In this document: piece by piece, positions 45,204-56,169 of the stretch
Position numbering within the stretch: position 1 is the first letter of the stretch
Layout of the letters: every line of letters begins with the position of its first letter
From: Pseudomonadota bacterium
GTDB taxonomy: Bacteria; Myxococcota_A; UBA796; GCA-2862545
Length of the DNA: 64,000 nt
NCBI GenBank assembly: GCA_005776945.1
Contig: SXOB01000072.1
Coordinates: forward strand, 25,337 to 89,336
Reading direction: 5' to 3'
Notes under the pieces: model-generated
The model's input: only the letters and a program-made list of their open reading frames with translations
Database searches by the model: none
What the model was told of the DNA's origin: nothing
Translations under genes and position numbers: made by a program

Positions 45204-46215
45204 CCTCCGACAGCGGTGCGTCCAACGCCAGCGGGACGCGTAGGACGCGGCCCATGAGCAATTCGAGTCGGTCCGGCGGCCATCCGCCGCCGGGCTTCTT
45301 CAACGCGAGGTCGTCCTCGCCCAACACGGTCCCCGCGGAAAGCGGCCGCGCTGCCACGACCGAGCGGCCGAACATCGTCCGCAGCTCGGTCGTCGCAGCC
45401 GCTTCCACCGCTTTGTCGACCGGATGGGCCAGCGCACGCGCGACAAAGCGCACGCCGTCCACCATCGCCTTGAACGCGTCTGGCGTCAGCGACGCTGGCG
45501 TGTCGGGCCCGAAGCTGTGCGGCGAGAACACGATGTGGGCCTCGATGATGTCGACGCCCAATGCGGCAGCGGCGATGCCGGCCGCAGGGGTCGCGGAATG
45601 GTCCGACAGGCCCACGGGTACGCCGTACCGTGCACGCAGTTCGGCGAGCACGTTGAGGCCGAGGCGCTCCGCGGGGCACGGATAGGCCGTCGTGCACTGG
45701 AAGACGGCGACGGGCGCGCCAAGCCCGCGCACCGTGGCGACGGCCGCGTCGAGGTCCGCCCAAGACGACATCCCCGACGACAACCACACCGGCCGCCCCG
45801 TCGCTGCCATCCGACGCAGAAGTGGCAGGTTCGTCACCTCGCCAGAGCCAACTTTCCAGGCCAACATTCCGACCGCGCCGAGGAGGTCGACGGCGGCCGG
45901 CGAAAACGCCGACGACAGGAACACGAGCCCCCGCTCCGCGGCGTGGTCGGCAAGGCCGCGCCACTGATCCGCGGTGAACTCCATGCGTCGCCAGTAGTCC
46001 CGCCGTGACGCGTCTTGGCGTGAGAACCGCACGCGGAACGGCTCCCGCTCGGTCGACTCCGCGTCTGCGATGTGGGTCTGGAACTTGACGGCGTCCGCCC
46101 CCACCCCGGCCGCAAGGTCGATGTAGGCGTGGGCCGACCCGAGGCTCCCGTCGTGAGCCTGGGCGACCTCCGCGACGATGAACGGGCTGCCATCCTGGCG
46201 CTTCACTGCGAGCAT
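45190..46215 (-). CDS. neuB: Nonulosonic-acid (N-acetylneuraminate/legionaminate-type) synthase, NeuB family, with a SAF domain
   Basis: ATG at 46215 (TGATG overlap with the upstream stop). FIVAEVAQAHDGSL, ADAVKFQTH, SSAFS..AVDLL, AWKVGSGEVTN, GLSDHS and IIEAHI blocks. C-terminal SAF region: AARPLSAGTVLGEDDLALKKPG. The N-terminal 187 aa of the track ORF are rejected. Confidence 0.85.
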   Translation of the reverse strand: MLAVKRQDGSPFIVAEVAQAHDGSLGSAHAYIDLAAGVGADAVKFQTHIADAESTEREPFRVRFSRQDASRRDYWRRMEFTADQWRGLADHAAERGLVFLSSAFSPAAVDLLGAVGMLAWKVGSGEVTNLPLLRRMAATGRPVWLSSGMSSWADLDAAVATVRGLGAPVAVFQCTTAYPCPAERLGLNVLAELRARYGVPVGLSDHSATPAAGIAAAALGVDIIEAHIVFSPHSFGPDTPASLTPDAFKAMVDGVRFVARALAHPVDKAVEAAATTELRTMFGRSVVAARPLSAGTVLGEDDLALKKPGGGWPPDRLELLMGRVLRVPLALDAPLSEDVLV

Positions 46216-47594
46216 CAACGCGCCCCTCCGCGGACGAGGGCCGCAAGCAATCCGAGGTAGAACCAAGCGAAGGCGCTCGTCAGCAGCTCGCCGATGGTCG
46301 TGTTGACGAGCGCAAAGCCGAGCCAACCGACGCCGAGCCCCGCGACCGCACTCTGAACCCACGCCGGGGCCGCGGGGTCGCGCACCGTTTTCCAGACCAT
46401 GTTGACGACGGACCACAACCACGCTGCGAGCACGCTGATGCCAAGGAGCCCCTGTTCGCAGAGCACCTGCATGTACGTGTTGTGGGCGTCGCGTCCGCCG
46501 AACAGCGGAAAGTAGTCTGCCGACACCGTCTTGAACCCGCCAAGCCCGATGCCCATCCAGGGGTTTTCGAGGAACTGCTCCCACGCGAGCACCTGGAAGA
46601 ACCAGCGCCCTTCGATGCTGTCGACGCCGGTGTGCTGACTGCTGTGCAACTCGGGTTCCCAAAGCGCGCTGAAGCGCGTCGTGAGGAACTGGGGATCCGC
46701 GGTGACGGCCGGCGCCAACAGCCCCGCGGCCAACACGCCGAGAAGGAGGCCACGCCAATGGCCTCTGAGCAGCCACAACGTCAGGGGCGACAACACGATG
46801 GCCGCGATCAGACCTCCACGCGACCCGGATTGGAACAGGGCCGCGGCGTAGACCGCAAAGACGCCCGGCACGACGACCAACGTCGCGACTCGGCCAAGGC
46901 GTTCACCCGACAACACGCCAAAGGCGAAATGGCAGGCCAACATGACGACGCCCGCCCAGGCGTTGGGGTCGCCGAAGGAGCCTGCGCTCCGGCCAAGCGT
47001 TTCGTCGATATTGAAAATGGCCCCGCCCAAGACGAGCATCGAGGCGAGCGCCGCCACACGCGCCACGGTGCGGACGTGGGCGTCGGCAATGGCCGCCGCC
47101 ACCGCGTGCGCCATCAGGATGACCATCGCCGTCGAGACGAGATTCAGGCGTCCCGCTGGCGTGCCGTCGTCCTCGTACTCTGGCACCTGGCGCCAGATCA
47201 ACGACCACAACATTGCGGCCATCAGGACGACCAAGGCGCGAGACATCGGCGTCCAAGCGGAAGCCCAGGGCCTCACCATGGCCCACCGCGTGGCGAGGAC
47301 ACCCATCAACACGCCCGTCGCGAGCTTGCTCATCGTGAGCGGGAGCCCCGCCACAGACACGTCGAGGCGACCGGCCTGGTCGAACATCAGGCTGATGAAG
47401 AGGGCAAGGGCCGCGAGGTGTGGCCAATCGATCATCGCAAGGAAGAAGAGGCCCAACAGCCCCGTCCCGACGATCAGCGGATTGCCTCGGACCGCAGCCA
47501 AGGCAGCCACCAACGCCAACAGTCCGCCGACGCCAAGCCAGAGGGCCTGGGGCCGGGCCCACTCGAGGCCTCGACGAAGGGCTTCCGCCACCAT
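46215..47594 (-). CDS. O-antigen ligase/polymerase-like membrane protein (Wzy_C domain), copy 1
   Basis: About 11 TM segments. FQSGSRGGLIAAIV and HNTYMQVLCEQGLLG are the characteristic Wzy_C/O-antigen-ligase blocks. Confidence 0.8.
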   Translation of the reverse strand: MVAEALRRGLEWARPQALWLGVGGLLALVAALAAVRGNPLIVGTGLLGLFFLAMIDWPHLAALALFISLMFDQAGRLDVSVAGLPLTMSKLATGVLMGVLATRWAMVRPWASAWTPMSRALVVLMAAMLWSLIWRQVPEYEDDGTPAGRLNLVSTAMVILMAHAVAAAIADAHVRTVARVAALASMLVLGGAIFNIDETLGRSAGSFGDPNAWAGVVMLACHFAFGVLSGERLGRVATLVVVPGVFAVYAAALFQSGSRGGLIAAIVLSPLTLWLLRGHWRGLLLGVLAAGLLAPAVTADPQFLTTRFSALWEPELHSSQHTGVDSIEGRWFFQVLAWEQFLENPWMGIGLGGFKTVSADYFPLFGGRDAHNTYMQVLCEQGLLGISVLAAWLWSVVNMVWKTVRDPAAPAWVQSAVAGLGVGWLGFALVNTTIGELLTSAFAWFYLGLLAALVRGGAR

Positions 47595-47621
47595 CCTCTC
47601 TCGCGGGCTCGCTAACCCTAC

Positions 47622-48761
47622 GTGGCGGACGGGCGTCCGGCGTTAGGCGCCGACGTGGACGCTCGCCCTCACCTCTTTGGCTGCACGCCCGCCGACGTCG
47701 TCGCTACGCTCGCCTCCGCGGGTTTCGCCGCCGACATCGACGACGCGCGCCGCCTCCTCGCACGCCGCCTCTCGGGGGGCCTGGACACGCTGCCGCCTGG
47801 AACGAGCGTCCGGCGTACCTTTCGCGACGCCGTCGCCACCCACTTCAACGACCGAGACCTCAGCGTCGCCGAGCGCGTCCGCGACGATGCCGACGGCTTC
47901 GAAAAGTGGCTCTTCGAGCATCCCGACGGGGCGACGTCTGAGGCCGTCCGCATCCCGCTCCAACGTCCGGGCCGCTACACCCTCTGCCTCAGTACCCAAG
48001 TCGGCTGCGCCGTCGGATGTACGTTTTGCGCGACGGGCCGCTTGGGGCTCACGCGCAACCTGGAGGCCTGGGAGATCGTGGCCGCCTGGCGCGCCGTCGC
48101 CCGCGACCTCGCCGTCCGCGACCCGACCGCGCGGGTGACCGGCATCGTCTTCATGGGCCAGGGCGAGCCCTTGATGAACCTGCCGAACGTGCTGACGGCA
48201 GCGCGCGTGTTGTCCGACCCCTGTGGGGGTCGCATCACGGCCTCGAACATCACGGTTTCGACCGTCGGTTTGCGACGTCCCCTCGAGGCGTTCGTCGCCA
48301 AGGCCCATCCATACAGGCTCATCCTCTCCCTGCACTCCGCGGTCCCGGAGCGCCGCGCGCGCCTCGTGCCCATCGCCGCTCGACAGCCGGTCACGGCCCT
48401 GCTTCCCGCCCTTCGGGAACATCAGCGCCAATCCGGGGACCGCATCACGCTCGCATGGACGCTGATCGGGGGCGAGAACCACGGCCCCGACGAAGTGACC
48501 GCGCTGTGCGACACCTTCGGAGACCTTCCCATCCGCGTCAACCTGATCGACTTGAACCGCTGGGACGAGGGCGACGGTCGCCGGCGCGCCACCGACGCCG
48601 AGCGCATCGCCTTCGTCCAAGCGCTCCACTCCGCCGGCATCGCCACCCAACGCCGTTACTCTGGGGGCGCTGGCCGCCACGCCGCCTGTGGGATGCTGGC
48701 CTCCCGCCGCTTCACGGACCTCCCTGGCACCGCAGCGCCAGATCCTTGGCCGGCCGCCTGA
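47622..48761 (+). CDS. rlmN: Radical-SAM rRNA/tRNA adenine-C2 methyltransferase (RlmN/Cfr family)
   Basis: TLCLSTQVGCAVGCTFCATG (CxxxCxxC), FMGQGEPLMN, NITVSTVG, LILSLHS, NLIDLN and the C-terminal AACGML Cys. The start is uncertain: GTG at 47622 or the in-frame GTG at 47655. Confidence 0.85.
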   Translation: MADGRPALGADVDARPHLFGCTPADVVATLASAGFAADIDDARRLLARRLSGGLDTLPPGTSVRRTFRDAVATHFNDRDLSVAERVRDDADGFEKWLFEHPDGATSEAVRIPLQRPGRYTLCLSTQVGCAVGCTFCATGRLGLTRNLEAWEIVAAWRAVARDLAVRDPTARVTGIVFMGQGEPLMNLPNVLTAARVLSDPCGGRITASNITVSTVGLRRPLEAFVAKAHPYRLILSLHSAVPERRARLVPIAARQPVTALLPALREHQRQSGDRITLAWTLIGGENHGPDEVTALCDTFGDLPIRVNLIDLNRWDEGDGRRRATDAERIAFVQALHSAGIATQRRYSGGAGRHAACGMLASRRFTDLPGTAAPDPWPAA

Positions 48762-51087
48762 GCGTACGGTGCTCGGTCAGCCCCTCCCGTTCGATCCGCA
48801 AGAGGCAGGCCCTCGGCGCCCCGAGGTCCGCCTCCAGCCGCGCCGCCAGCAGGTGTAGCGCTGGGTCCATCCGCCCCTCGGCGTCCCACCGCTCCGCCCG
48901 CTGAAGCGCGGCGGCGGGACCCGACAAGCGCTCCGTCAACTCGACCACCGCAATGCGTCCGCCGGCGTCCGAACGGGCCGCGACCTCGGCGGCCGTCAGG
49001 GCGCCCGCGTCGTCGCCCATCTCGCGGCGGACGCGGACGAGTGCGAGCCAGGCACGCACGAGGTCCGGTCGACGCTCGACGAGGCCCTCCAACATCGTCC
49101 GCGCTTCCTCCGAACGTCCCACCTGGTGCAATGCGACGCCCAAATCCGGGAGGTCCCCCCAGCGCCAAGGCTCCAGTTCGGCCGCCCGGGAGAAGGCCCG
49201 AACGGCGGCCTCGGCCTCGTCGGGCCCCGCTCGTCGCCCAATCTGGACCAGGACATAGGGTTCAGCGTCGCTCAGCTCATCGGCCCAGATCGAGGCCATC
49301 GGCAACGTCTTCCAGGCCTCGTCGAAGAGGTCCGGGTTCCATGGGGACGCCGCCAGGGCCCGCGCAAAGTACTCGACGGCGACGGGGTCCCCTCGACGCG
49401 AGGCCAGCCGCGCACGGAGCCACCAGGCCCGCGCGTCGGCCGGGGACCGCACGACGGCGCGCGCGAGCACGTCATCCGCTTCCGCCACCGCCGACAACGC
49501 GGTCAGCGCGCGCCCAACCTCGATCAGCACCTCGGCGTCGTGCGGGGCGTCCGCCGCCAACGCGAGCAGGGCCGTCGTCGCGCCCGCCTTGTCCCCCGCC
49601 TCCCCTTGCTGCCGGGCCATGTGAATTCGGACGGCCGGATGACCAGGGAAGGCCTGTTCTGCGACGGTCGTTACCGGCGCGGTCGTCCAATCGCGAACCA
49701 CGCCGCGGACTTCCCACGCCAGGGCGCCAAGGGTCACCGCGAATACCCCCACCAGCGCGCGTCGAACGCGCAGCACGTCGACACCGTCCCCGCTGCCGAA
49801 GGCCGTCAGCCGCCAACCAAGCACGGCCGTGGCCGCCGCCAACAGCACGGGCAGCCGCAGAGGGAAGTCGACGACGGCGTGCAGGGCCACTGCGCTGAGC
49901 CCGATGTCGACGGCCCGGCCACGTTCCCCGCCCGCCGGCCGGGACCGCGCGACGGTCACAAGGGCGTAGAGGCCGGCGACAACGCCGATGACGCCGGTCT
50001 CTACGCACCACTGCAACGGTTCGGAGTGCAGGTGCCCGAGTCGGTGGAACACGGCGTCGGTGTCGTAGAACGGGAACGCAGCTCCAAAGCCGCCAGCGCC
50101 AACCCCCGCCAACGGGAAGTCCAAGAACATCGGCCACGCGTCGCGAACGTGGCCCCATCGGCCCAGCACCGACGCATGCCACCACTGGGGCGCCAAGGCC
50201 TGCACCCACGGTGCGGCGACGGCTACGGTGAGCGCCAGCGGGGCCACGAGCGCCGGGTTCAGCCGCCAGGGATGGCTGACGACGATCATGGACGCACCGA
50301 GCAGCCCGATCGCCGCCACCGATTTCGTCGCCACCACCATCCCGACGGCCACGAGGACGACCGCGCCCCAGGCGAGTCGGCGGAATGCACTCAGCTCGTG
50401 GTCCAATGACGCGGCCAAGGTCGGCGGGAGCAACAACAGCACCGCCGTGGCGAAGTGGTCGGCGTTGACGAAAGGGGCGAAAAAGGCGGGCACCCGACTC
50501 AGGTGGGGCACCCACCCCCACACGGTTTGGGCGCCGACCGCCAGATGAACCCCGGCGGTCGCCAACACGCCGATCAGGGCGAACGGGAGGGGGTCCAGAC
50601 TGCGCCGCCTACCGATCGACCCCCCGACGGCGCCACCAAGCACACCCGCCGCAACGGCCAGCGCCCCAACCGCCAAGCTGTCGAGGACCCGCTCCGGCTC
50701 GAGCGCAAGGGAGCCCCACGCCGCCGGCCTCGCATCGAAACGGCCAGGCGCCAACCAAGCCCCGATGGTCGACGGCACCGGCACCAGGCCGACCGCCATC
50801 GCCCCCGCCACCGCAAGCGCCGCAAAAGCAGCCGAACGCAGCGGCGCGAGGCGCGCAAGCGTCGCGTCGTCGCTCCGCGCGAGCCACAACACGCCAAGCG
50901 CCAGACAACCGAGGCAACTGGCACGCCAGACTGCGACGACGCCGCCGTTGCCGGTCCCCAAGGCGACCAACCCCGCGGCGAGAGCCAGCCCGACGACGAG
51001 GCTACGCCGACCCGGACGCCTTGCTCTTCGGGTCCTCTTCTTCGGCTCCGTAATGGGCGCCGTAGCCGTACCCGTAGCCGTATCCAT
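48712..51087 (-). CDS. Wzy_C-type membrane domain fused to a C-terminal TPR-repeat domain, copy 2
   Basis: The N-terminal 430 aa are polytopic and include HLHSEPLQWCVETGVIGVVAG (Wzy_C block). The C-terminal 330 aa are TPR-like (..ARAWWLRARLASRRGDPVAVEYFARALAASPWNP..). No alternative start lies downstream of the ATG at 51087. Confidence 0.75.
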   Translation of the reverse strand: MDTATGTATAPITEPKKRTRRARRPGRRSLVVGLALAAGLVALGTGNGGVVAVWRASCLGCLALGVLWLARSDDATLARLAPLRSAAFAALAVAGAMAVGLVPVPSTIGAWLAPGRFDARPAAWGSLALEPERVLDSLAVGALAVAAGVLGGAVGGSIGRRRSLDPLPFALIGVLATAGVHLAVGAQTVWGWVPHLSRVPAFFAPFVNADHFATAVLLLLPPTLAASLDHELSAFRRLAWGAVVLVAVGMVVATKSVAAIGLLGASMIVVSHPWRLNPALVAPLALTVAVAAPWVQALAPQWWHASVLGRWGHVRDAWPMFLDFPLAGVGAGGFGAAFPFYDTDAVFHRLGHLHSEPLQWCVETGVIGVVAGLYALVTVARSRPAGGERGRAVDIGLSAVALHAVVDFPLRLPVLLAAATAVLGWRLTAFGSGDGVDVLRVRRALVGVFAVTLGALAWEVRGVVRDWTTAPVTTVAEQAFPGHPAVRIHMARQQGEAGDKAGATTALLALAADAPHDAEVLIEVGRALTALSAVAEADDVLARAVVRSPADARAWWLRARLASRRGDPVAVEYFARALAASPWNPDLFDEAWKTLPMASIWADELSDAEPYVLVQIGRRAGPDEAEAAVRAFSRAAELEPWRWGDLPDLGVALHQVGRSEEARTMLEGLVERRPDLVRAWLALVRVRREMGDDAGALTAAEVAARSDAGGRIAVVELTERLSGPAAALQRAERWDAEGRMDPALHLLAARLEADLGAPRACLLRIEREGLTEHRTLRRPAKDLALRCQGGP

Positions 51088-53134
51088 AGCCGTACCCGTA
51101 GTAGGAATAGCGACCGCCGCGACCCGAAAGGACCGCGTTCACCACGACGCCAAGCAAAGGCGCGCCGACCTGCTGCAGACGTCGGACCGTGTCGCGCACG
51201 ATCTGACGGCTCACGGCCTGGTTGCGAACGACGAGGACGACGCCATCCACGACGCGGCTGACGAGCAGCGCGTCCGACAGCACCTGGCTTGGCGGCGTGT
51301 CGATGAGGATGAGGTCATAGCGGCGCCCCAACTCGTCGAGGCGGGCCGCCATCGCCGAGGAGGCCAGCAACTCGTTCGGCCGGTCGATCATCGTGCCGGC
51401 ACACATCAGGTCGACATTCGGGATCGGAGTGCCGCGGATGGCCGCGTCGAACACACCGCGCTCCACGATGTCGGAGACGCCGGGCTCCTTTTCGACGCCG
51501 AAAATGCGGTGCAAGCGAGGCTTGCGCAGGTCGCCGTCGATCAACAAGACCCGGCGCCCGAGGTTGGCGAAGCTCACAGCGAGCCGAACGCTCGTCTCCG
51601 TCTTGCCTTCGCTCGCGACGGCTGAGGTCACAAGCAGGCGTCGCAGACCCTTGCCCGACGGGTTGAGCTCCAGAAGCGTACGGATCGCGCGGATGGCCTC
51701 GGCGCCGGAACTCTTGGGATGGCGATGCGTGTACAACGCACGCTCGGCCGGGTCTTCGACGCCGTCCAGCGCCGGCACCATCCCCAAATAGGGCACGCGA
51801 AGGAACGTTGCGATGTCGAGCGGCGACCGGATGGTGTCGTCGAGTTGGGTACGGAGGACTGCAAGGCCGAAACCGCCAACGAGGCCGCTGATCAGCGCGA
51901 CGGCCAAGTTCAGCATGAGGTTCGGCGCCACGGGGTCGTCGCTCGGGCGCGCCTCCTCGATGATGCGCACGTTGTTCAGCTGGGTCCGGCTGGCGAGATC
52001 GAGCTCGTCGTTGCGCTCCGACAGGGCCTCGAACAGCGCACGTGCACGCTCGAGGTCCAAGCGAAGGGACTCGTAGCCGCCGATCCGAGCCTGGCGCTCG
52101 AGCAGCTGCTCTTTCGTCAGGTCCAACGCCGTGCCGAGGCTCTTTTCCTTCTCGCGCAGCGTGGTGAGCCGAATTTCCTCGGCTGCGACGTTCTTGGACG
52201 CCACCTGACGCATCGACTCGAGCAATGCGTTGACCCGCGCGTCGGCGTCCCGCCGTTCCGGCATCCGCTCGCCGTACCGGGCGGCCAGGTGGGAAGCCTC
52301 GGCGACGGCTTCACCATAGGCGGCGACCAACGTGGCGAGTTCCGGCGTAGCCAGGTCCTTTGCCAATTCGACGACCTGCCCGTTGGCGAGCATCCGTCGA
52401 TGGGCAGCCACGTTCGTCTCGAGCAGCACGCGCTCGGTCGTCGTTTCCCCCGTGACCCGGCTCAGCGACTGGCTCGACGATGACAGCGCCGTCACGGTTT
52501 CCTCGACGTCGCCGAGGCCCTGGCCCGTTTGGTACGCAAGCAACCGCTGGTTGCCTTCGATGATGCGCCGCTCGGCGTCGACGAGCTGTTCTTGGAGCCA
52601 GACCCGCGCCTCACGGCTCGCGTCGCGCCGGGCGTCGAGGTTGTGGTCGCTGTAGGATTTCGCGAGCAGGTTCGCGAGGGCCGCGGCTTGTTCAGGGTCG
52701 GGCAACGTCGCCGACACTTCCATCAACTCGCTCGCCTGGACCGGCGTGATGTCGATGACCTGGCCGACACGTCCGGCCGTCATCGTTCCCGCGCCGTACG
52801 CGGCCTCGAACCGCCGGGCGACCTCCTCGAGGACCGGAGCGGACGCCATGATCTCCATCTGCGTACGGTAGAACTGACGCGTGTTGCGCGTGTAGTTCAG
52901 GCTCTGGTCCATCACCTCCTGAACCTGAACCTCCAGTCCGGTGACGGGGCTGATGTGAAGCTTCAGGGTGCCCCGGTACTGCTTCGTGGCCAACAGGCTG
53001 CCAACGAGCGTCAGCGCGAGCACCGCGGCCGCGAAGATTCCGATCAGCCACCGATGGATGAGGACGATGGCCCTCAGCTCGTCGAGGCGCTCCGAAAGCG
53101 GGTTGGACGCCGCCTCGTTCTCTTGCCCGATCAT
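51002..53134 (-). CDS. wzc: Polysaccharide co-polymerase / tyrosine autokinase (Wzc, BY-kinase)
   Basis: Wzz-type N-terminus with two TM helices and a long coiled periplasmic domain. Kinase Walker [15 protein letters not shown], then [10 protein letters not shown] and ILIDTPP. C-terminal Tyr cluster: [20 protein letters not shown]. Confidence 0.9.
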   Translation of the reverse strand: MIGQENEAASNPLSERLDELRAIVLIHRWLIGIFAAAVLALTLVGSLLATKQYRGTLKLHISPVTGLEVQVQEVMDQSLNYTRNTRQFYRTQMEIMASAPVLEEVARRFEAAYGAGTMTAGRVGQVIDITPVQASELMEVSATLPDPEQAAALANLLAKSYSDHNLDARRDASREARVWLQEQLVDAERRIIEGNQRLLAYQTGQGLGDVEETVTALSSSSQSLSRVTGETTTERVLLETNVAAHRRMLANGQVVELAKDLATPELATLVAAYGEAVAEASHLAARYGERMPERRDADARVNALLESMRQVASKNVAAEEIRLTTLREKEKSLGTALDLTKEQLLERQARIGGYESLRLDLERARALFEALSERNDELDLASRTQLNNVRIIEEARPSDDPVAPNLMLNLAVALISGLVGGFGLAVLRTQLDDTIRSPLDIATFLRVPYLGMVPALDGVEDPAERALYTHRHPKSSGAEAIRAIRTLLELNPSGKGLRRLLVTSAVASEGKTETSVRLAVSFANLGRRVLLIDGDLRKPRLHRIFGVEKEPGVSDIVERGVFDAAIRGTPIPNVDLMCAGTMIDRPNELLASSAMAARLDELGRRYDLILIDTPPSQVLSDALLVSRVVDGVVLVVRNQAVSRQIVRDTVRRLQQVGAPLLGVVVNAVLSGRGGRYSYYGYGYGYGYGYGYGAHYGAEEEDPKSKASGSA
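51059..51109 (-). repeat. Hexanucleotide tandem repeat (TACGGN)n encoding the Wzc (YG)n tyrosine cluster
   Basis: Read directly on the plus strand: gccgtagccgtacccgtagccgtatccatagccgtacccgtagtaggaata. The ATG of the downstream Wzy-TPR gene (51085-51087) lies inside it in another frame. Confidence 0.85.
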
Positions 53135-54093
53135 GCGCCCTCCCCTCGGCCGTCGGCCGCCAGTTCATTTCGAAACCAAGCCACCGTGCGTTCGAGCCCG
53201 GCGTCCGTGGCAACCTTGGGCGACCAGCCAAGCCGTTGCCGCGCGAGCGTGATGTCGGCCCGCCGCTGCTGGGGGTCGTGGTCGACGGCCGGCAGGTGGC
53301 GGATTTCGCTTCGCGAACCCGTGATGCGAAGCACGCGCTGGGCCAATTCGAGGATCGTGATTTCGTCGGGATTGCCGAGATTGACGGGGCCCGTGAAATC
53401 CTCGGTTTCCATCATGCGCATCATGCCTTCGACGAGGTCGTCGACGTACTGAAACGAGCGCGTCAGCGTACCGTCGCCGTACACCGTCAACGGCCGGCCC
53501 ATGAGGGCCTGCAGGACGAAGTTGCTCACGACGCGTCCGTCGTCCCGTGCCATCCTAGGACCGTGGGTGTTGAAGATGCGGACGACGCGGATGTCGACGC
53601 CGAAGCCACGATGGTAGTCGAACGCAAGCGTCTCCGCGCAGCGCTTGCCCTCGTCGTAGCAGCCACGGCGCGAGATCGGGTTGACATTGCCCCAGTACGA
53701 CTCGGTCTGCGGGTGTTCGAGCGGGTCGCCGTAGACTTCCGACGTGCTGGCCTGCAACACCCTGGCGCCCGTCTGCTTGGCCAGGTCCAACATGTGGATC
53801 ATGCCGAGGACGCTCGTGCGAACGGTGTCCACGGGGTCGGACTGATAGTGGACCGGCGACGCGGGGCACGCGAGGTTGAAGATCCAATCCACCGGTGCGA
53901 AAAACGGAGATTGGACGTCGCGCTCCACGAAGAGAAATCGGCGCTCGCCCTCGTGGTGGGCGATGTTCCGACGCGATCCCGTCCGCAGGTTGTCGAGGCA
54001 GATGACGTCGTGGCCGTCGCGCAGCAACCGATCCACGAGGTGGCTTCCGACGAACCCCGCCCCACCGGTCACGAGGACACGTCGCCCACCCAT
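53131..54093 (-). CDS. uxs: UDP-glucuronate decarboxylase (UDP-xylose synthase), SDR family
   Basis: ATG at 54093 lies 9 nt after [43 protein letters not shown] and [10 protein letters not shown] blocks. The stop overlaps the wzc start by 4 nt. Confidence 0.9.
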   Translation of the reverse strand: MGGRRVLVTGGAGFVGSHLVDRLLRDGHDVICLDNLRTGSRRNIAHHEGERRFLFVERDVQSPFFAPVDWIFNLACPASPVHYQSDPVDTVRTSVLGMIHMLDLAKQTGARVLQASTSEVYGDPLEHPQTESYWGNVNPISRRGCYDEGKRCAETLAFDYHRGFGVDIRVVRIFNTHGPRMARDDGRVVSNFVLQALMGRPLTVYGDGTLTRSFQYVDDLVEGMMRMMETEDFTGPVNLGNPDEITILELAQRVLRITGSRSEIRHLPAVDHDPQQRRADITLARQRLGWSPKVATDAGLERTVAWFRNELAADGRGEGA

Positions 54094-54141
54094 GCCGTCC
54101 CACCCTCCGCCGCGGGCTAACGCCACTGCCGGGGCCCGCCC

Positions 54142-55263
54142 ATGACGAGCTTCCTAGGCCTACGCCAGGCCACCGAGCTGACCTGGCCGTGGCACCTCGG
54201 GCCCGTCTCGGTCGCTCACGTGCTTGGCGGGGGGCTTGCGGTCGCCATGGCTTGGCGTGCATTCGTCACGCCGCGCCCCCGCGTGGAAACGGCCGTCGCA
54301 GGGGTTTGGTACGCCGTCCTCGCGCTCGGTCTCCTGCGCGCCGACGACCCGGGAGGCGGCCTGAGACAATTCGCCGTTCTCGGCGTCCCCCCCCTCGCCT
54401 ACCTGGCCGCCACTCCCGACCCCGCGGCTGCCCGACGCCTCGTGGGGGCCTTCCTCGCGGTCGCCGCCCTTCCCGTCACCGTGGCGCTTGGAACGTGGTT
54501 CTTCGGGACTCCAGAAGTGGAACACGGAGTCGCGCGAAACCTCGGGCCCTATGCCAACGTCCACAATCACGCCTACAATGCCGCGATCACAGCCATCCTC
54601 GCTGGCGCTTTCGCGGCCCGGCCGGGCCCTTGGCGCGCCCCGCTCGCCCTCCTCGCGTTGGCGTCCCTCGCGGCCCTCTGGAGTACACACGTGCGTTCCG
54701 CCGTGGCCTTCGTCGGCCTCTTCGCGCTGGCGTGGGCGCCCCGACGGACGTTGCCCCTCGCCGTGGTCGGCGCGGCCGCGTGGGTCGCTATGGACCTCGA
54801 CCGCTGGCGGGAGTTCGGAGCCGCCCTGGTCGGCATCGCCCCCGCGGCCGGCTGGGAGGCGCTTGGCACCCACCGCGTGGCCATCTGGCGCGACAGTGGC
54901 CTCGCGTTCGCCGACCGATCGACGATGGAGCAGCTGCTCGGACTCGGACTCGGCGACCACCTTGGGTTCTGGAAGCCGATCGACCCGCACAGCGAACCGC
55001 TGCGGCTCCTCTACGAGCTTGGCCTACCAGGCCTCGTTCTTTGGCACCTGGCGGCGCTGCGCGGCACCTGGCTCGCCCACCAACTCACCCGCGACGCCGA
55101 TCCCTGCCGCGCCGAGCTCGGTCGCCTCGCCCGCGCCCTCGGCGTGTCTGCGATCGCCATCGACCTCGTTACCAACGCCTTTGTCGCCCGACCCACGCCC
55201 GCCATCGCCCTGTGGGCCCTCTTGGGCGCCGCGGCGCGCGTCAGAGACAGAGCGCCGCGGTAA
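54142..55263 (+). CDS. O-antigen ligase/polymerase-like membrane protein, copy 3
   Basis: Polytopic 373-aa [22 protein letters not shown] and [22 protein letters not shown] resemble the Wzy_C Ser/Arg and H-x-E/N blocks of the other two copies. Confidence 0.65.
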   Translation: MTSFLGLRQATELTWPWHLGPVSVAHVLGGGLAVAMAWRAFVTPRPRVETAVAGVWYAVLALGLLRADDPGGGLRQFAVLGVPPLAYLAATPDPAAARRLVGAFLAVAALPVTVALGTWFFGTPEVEHGVARNLGPYANVHNHAYNAAITAILAGAFAARPGPWRAPLALLALASLAALWSTHVRSAVAFVGLFALAWAPRRTLPLAVVGAAAWVAMDLDRWREFGAALVGIAPAAGWEALGTHRVAIWRDSGLAFADRSTMEQLLGLGLGDHLGFWKPIDPHSEPLRLLYELGLPGLVLWHLAALRGTWLAHQLTRDADPCRAELGRLARALGVSAIAIDLVTNAFVARPTPAIALWALLGAAARVRDRAPR

Positions 55264-56140
55264 AGCCGGCGGCGAGTGGGACGACGGCGTTGTCGTCGAG
55301 GCGACCGCTCAGCTGCTCGGCGACAGCGCCGGCCACCGCCGCCAGGAGCGCCACATCCCAGCCTCCCGGCGACCCGACGAGCCGCAACGCGCCCCATGCG
55401 GCGACCGTGCCGACGGCGACGAACGCCAACGACCCTTCGGCGCTTCGGCCGTTCGCAAACCGGGTCCGCCCGAAGCGTCGCCCGACGAGTCCCGCTGCCG
55501 GGTCGCCCCATGCGAGCACGGCCACGGCCACTGCGCCTGCGGCCTCGGGCACAACAAACGCGAGAAGCAAAAGCGCGGAGACGTACCAAGTTGCACTGTT
55601 GACGCGATCGGTCTCATGGGGGTGGGCCATCGGTCCCATCACCGTCATCAGAAATCGGTTGACGGCAGGCCATACGCGGCGGGAGGACTCCATGCCCCAG
55701 GCCGCCACAACGGCGCCGACGGCCAACCAGCGCGTTCCCACATCATCCAGGGCCGCGAGCGCCAACAGCACAAGTGTCCCGTTCATGGCGTGGATCACGG
55801 AGCGGACCAGGTTCGACGGACGCAGGTCTGGGACGGGCGCGCCAGCGGCTCGAAGCGAACCCGCAAGCCCCGTATAAGCCTCGACCCACGCCGCCCGAGG
55901 CACGGCTTCCGGCGTCGCCCGAGCCAGTTCCATCAGACGGCCGAGCGCGTCCTGGACTGCGGCTTGGCCCTGCGGCCACGTCGTCTCTAGCAGATGCTCC
56001 AAGCGCTTGGCGATCTGGCCCCGTTCGGCGTCGAGCCTGCCCGCCCGACTCCACGCGTCGGTGGCGCGCAGCCAGGCGAGCACCTGGAGGGCGACGTCAC
56101 GGCATTCATCGAGCGTGCGGCTGGCCATGTTCGCGATCAC
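55241..56140 (-). CDS. CTP-dependent polyprenol/diacylglycerol kinase or cytidylyltransferase-like membrane protein (CdsA/dolichol-kinase superfamily) with a soluble N-terminal domain
   Basis: C-terminal membrane half with AWGDPAAGLVGRRFGRTRF..GRSAEGSLAFV.., the family core motif. The 120-aa helical N-terminal domain is unassigned. The start is GTG at 56140 or ATG at 56128. Confidence 0.6.
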   Translation of the reverse strand: MIANMASRTLDECRDVALQVLAWLRATDAWSRAGRLDAERGQIAKRLEHLLETTWPQGQAAVQDALGRLMELARATPEAVPRAAWVEAYTGLAGSLRAAGAPVPDLRPSNLVRSVIHAMNGTLVLLALAALDDVGTRWLAVGAVVAAWGMESSRRVWPAVNRFLMTVMGPMAHPHETDRVNSATWYVSALLLLAFVVPEAAGAVAVAVLAWGDPAAGLVGRRFGRTRFANGRSAEGSLAFVAVGTVAAWGALRLVGSPGGWDVALLAAVAGAVAEQLSGRLDDNAVVPLAAGFTAALCL

Positions 56141-56169
56141 GCCGTTATCGCGGAGGCGCGGGGGTCACG

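Noticed and set aside
44031-46215. Calling the locus a complete sialic-acid biosynthesis and sialylation pathway
   Set aside because: Only neuC- and neuB-type genes are present. No CMP-synthetase or sialyltransferase is visible, and NeuB-family enzymes also make legionaminic or pseudaminic acids. The specific sugar cannot be claimed.
46216-46776. The N-terminal 187-aa extension of the neuB ORF (45190..46776). Similar long N-terminal extensions occur on the tetR (29958..31856), wza (55774..56934) and SNF2 (13137..16301) track ORFs.
   Set aside because: The extensions overlap neighbouring real genes in other frames and have Arg/Pro-rich composition. Internal starts give canonical family N-termini, often with SD sequences or ATGA/TGATG coupling.
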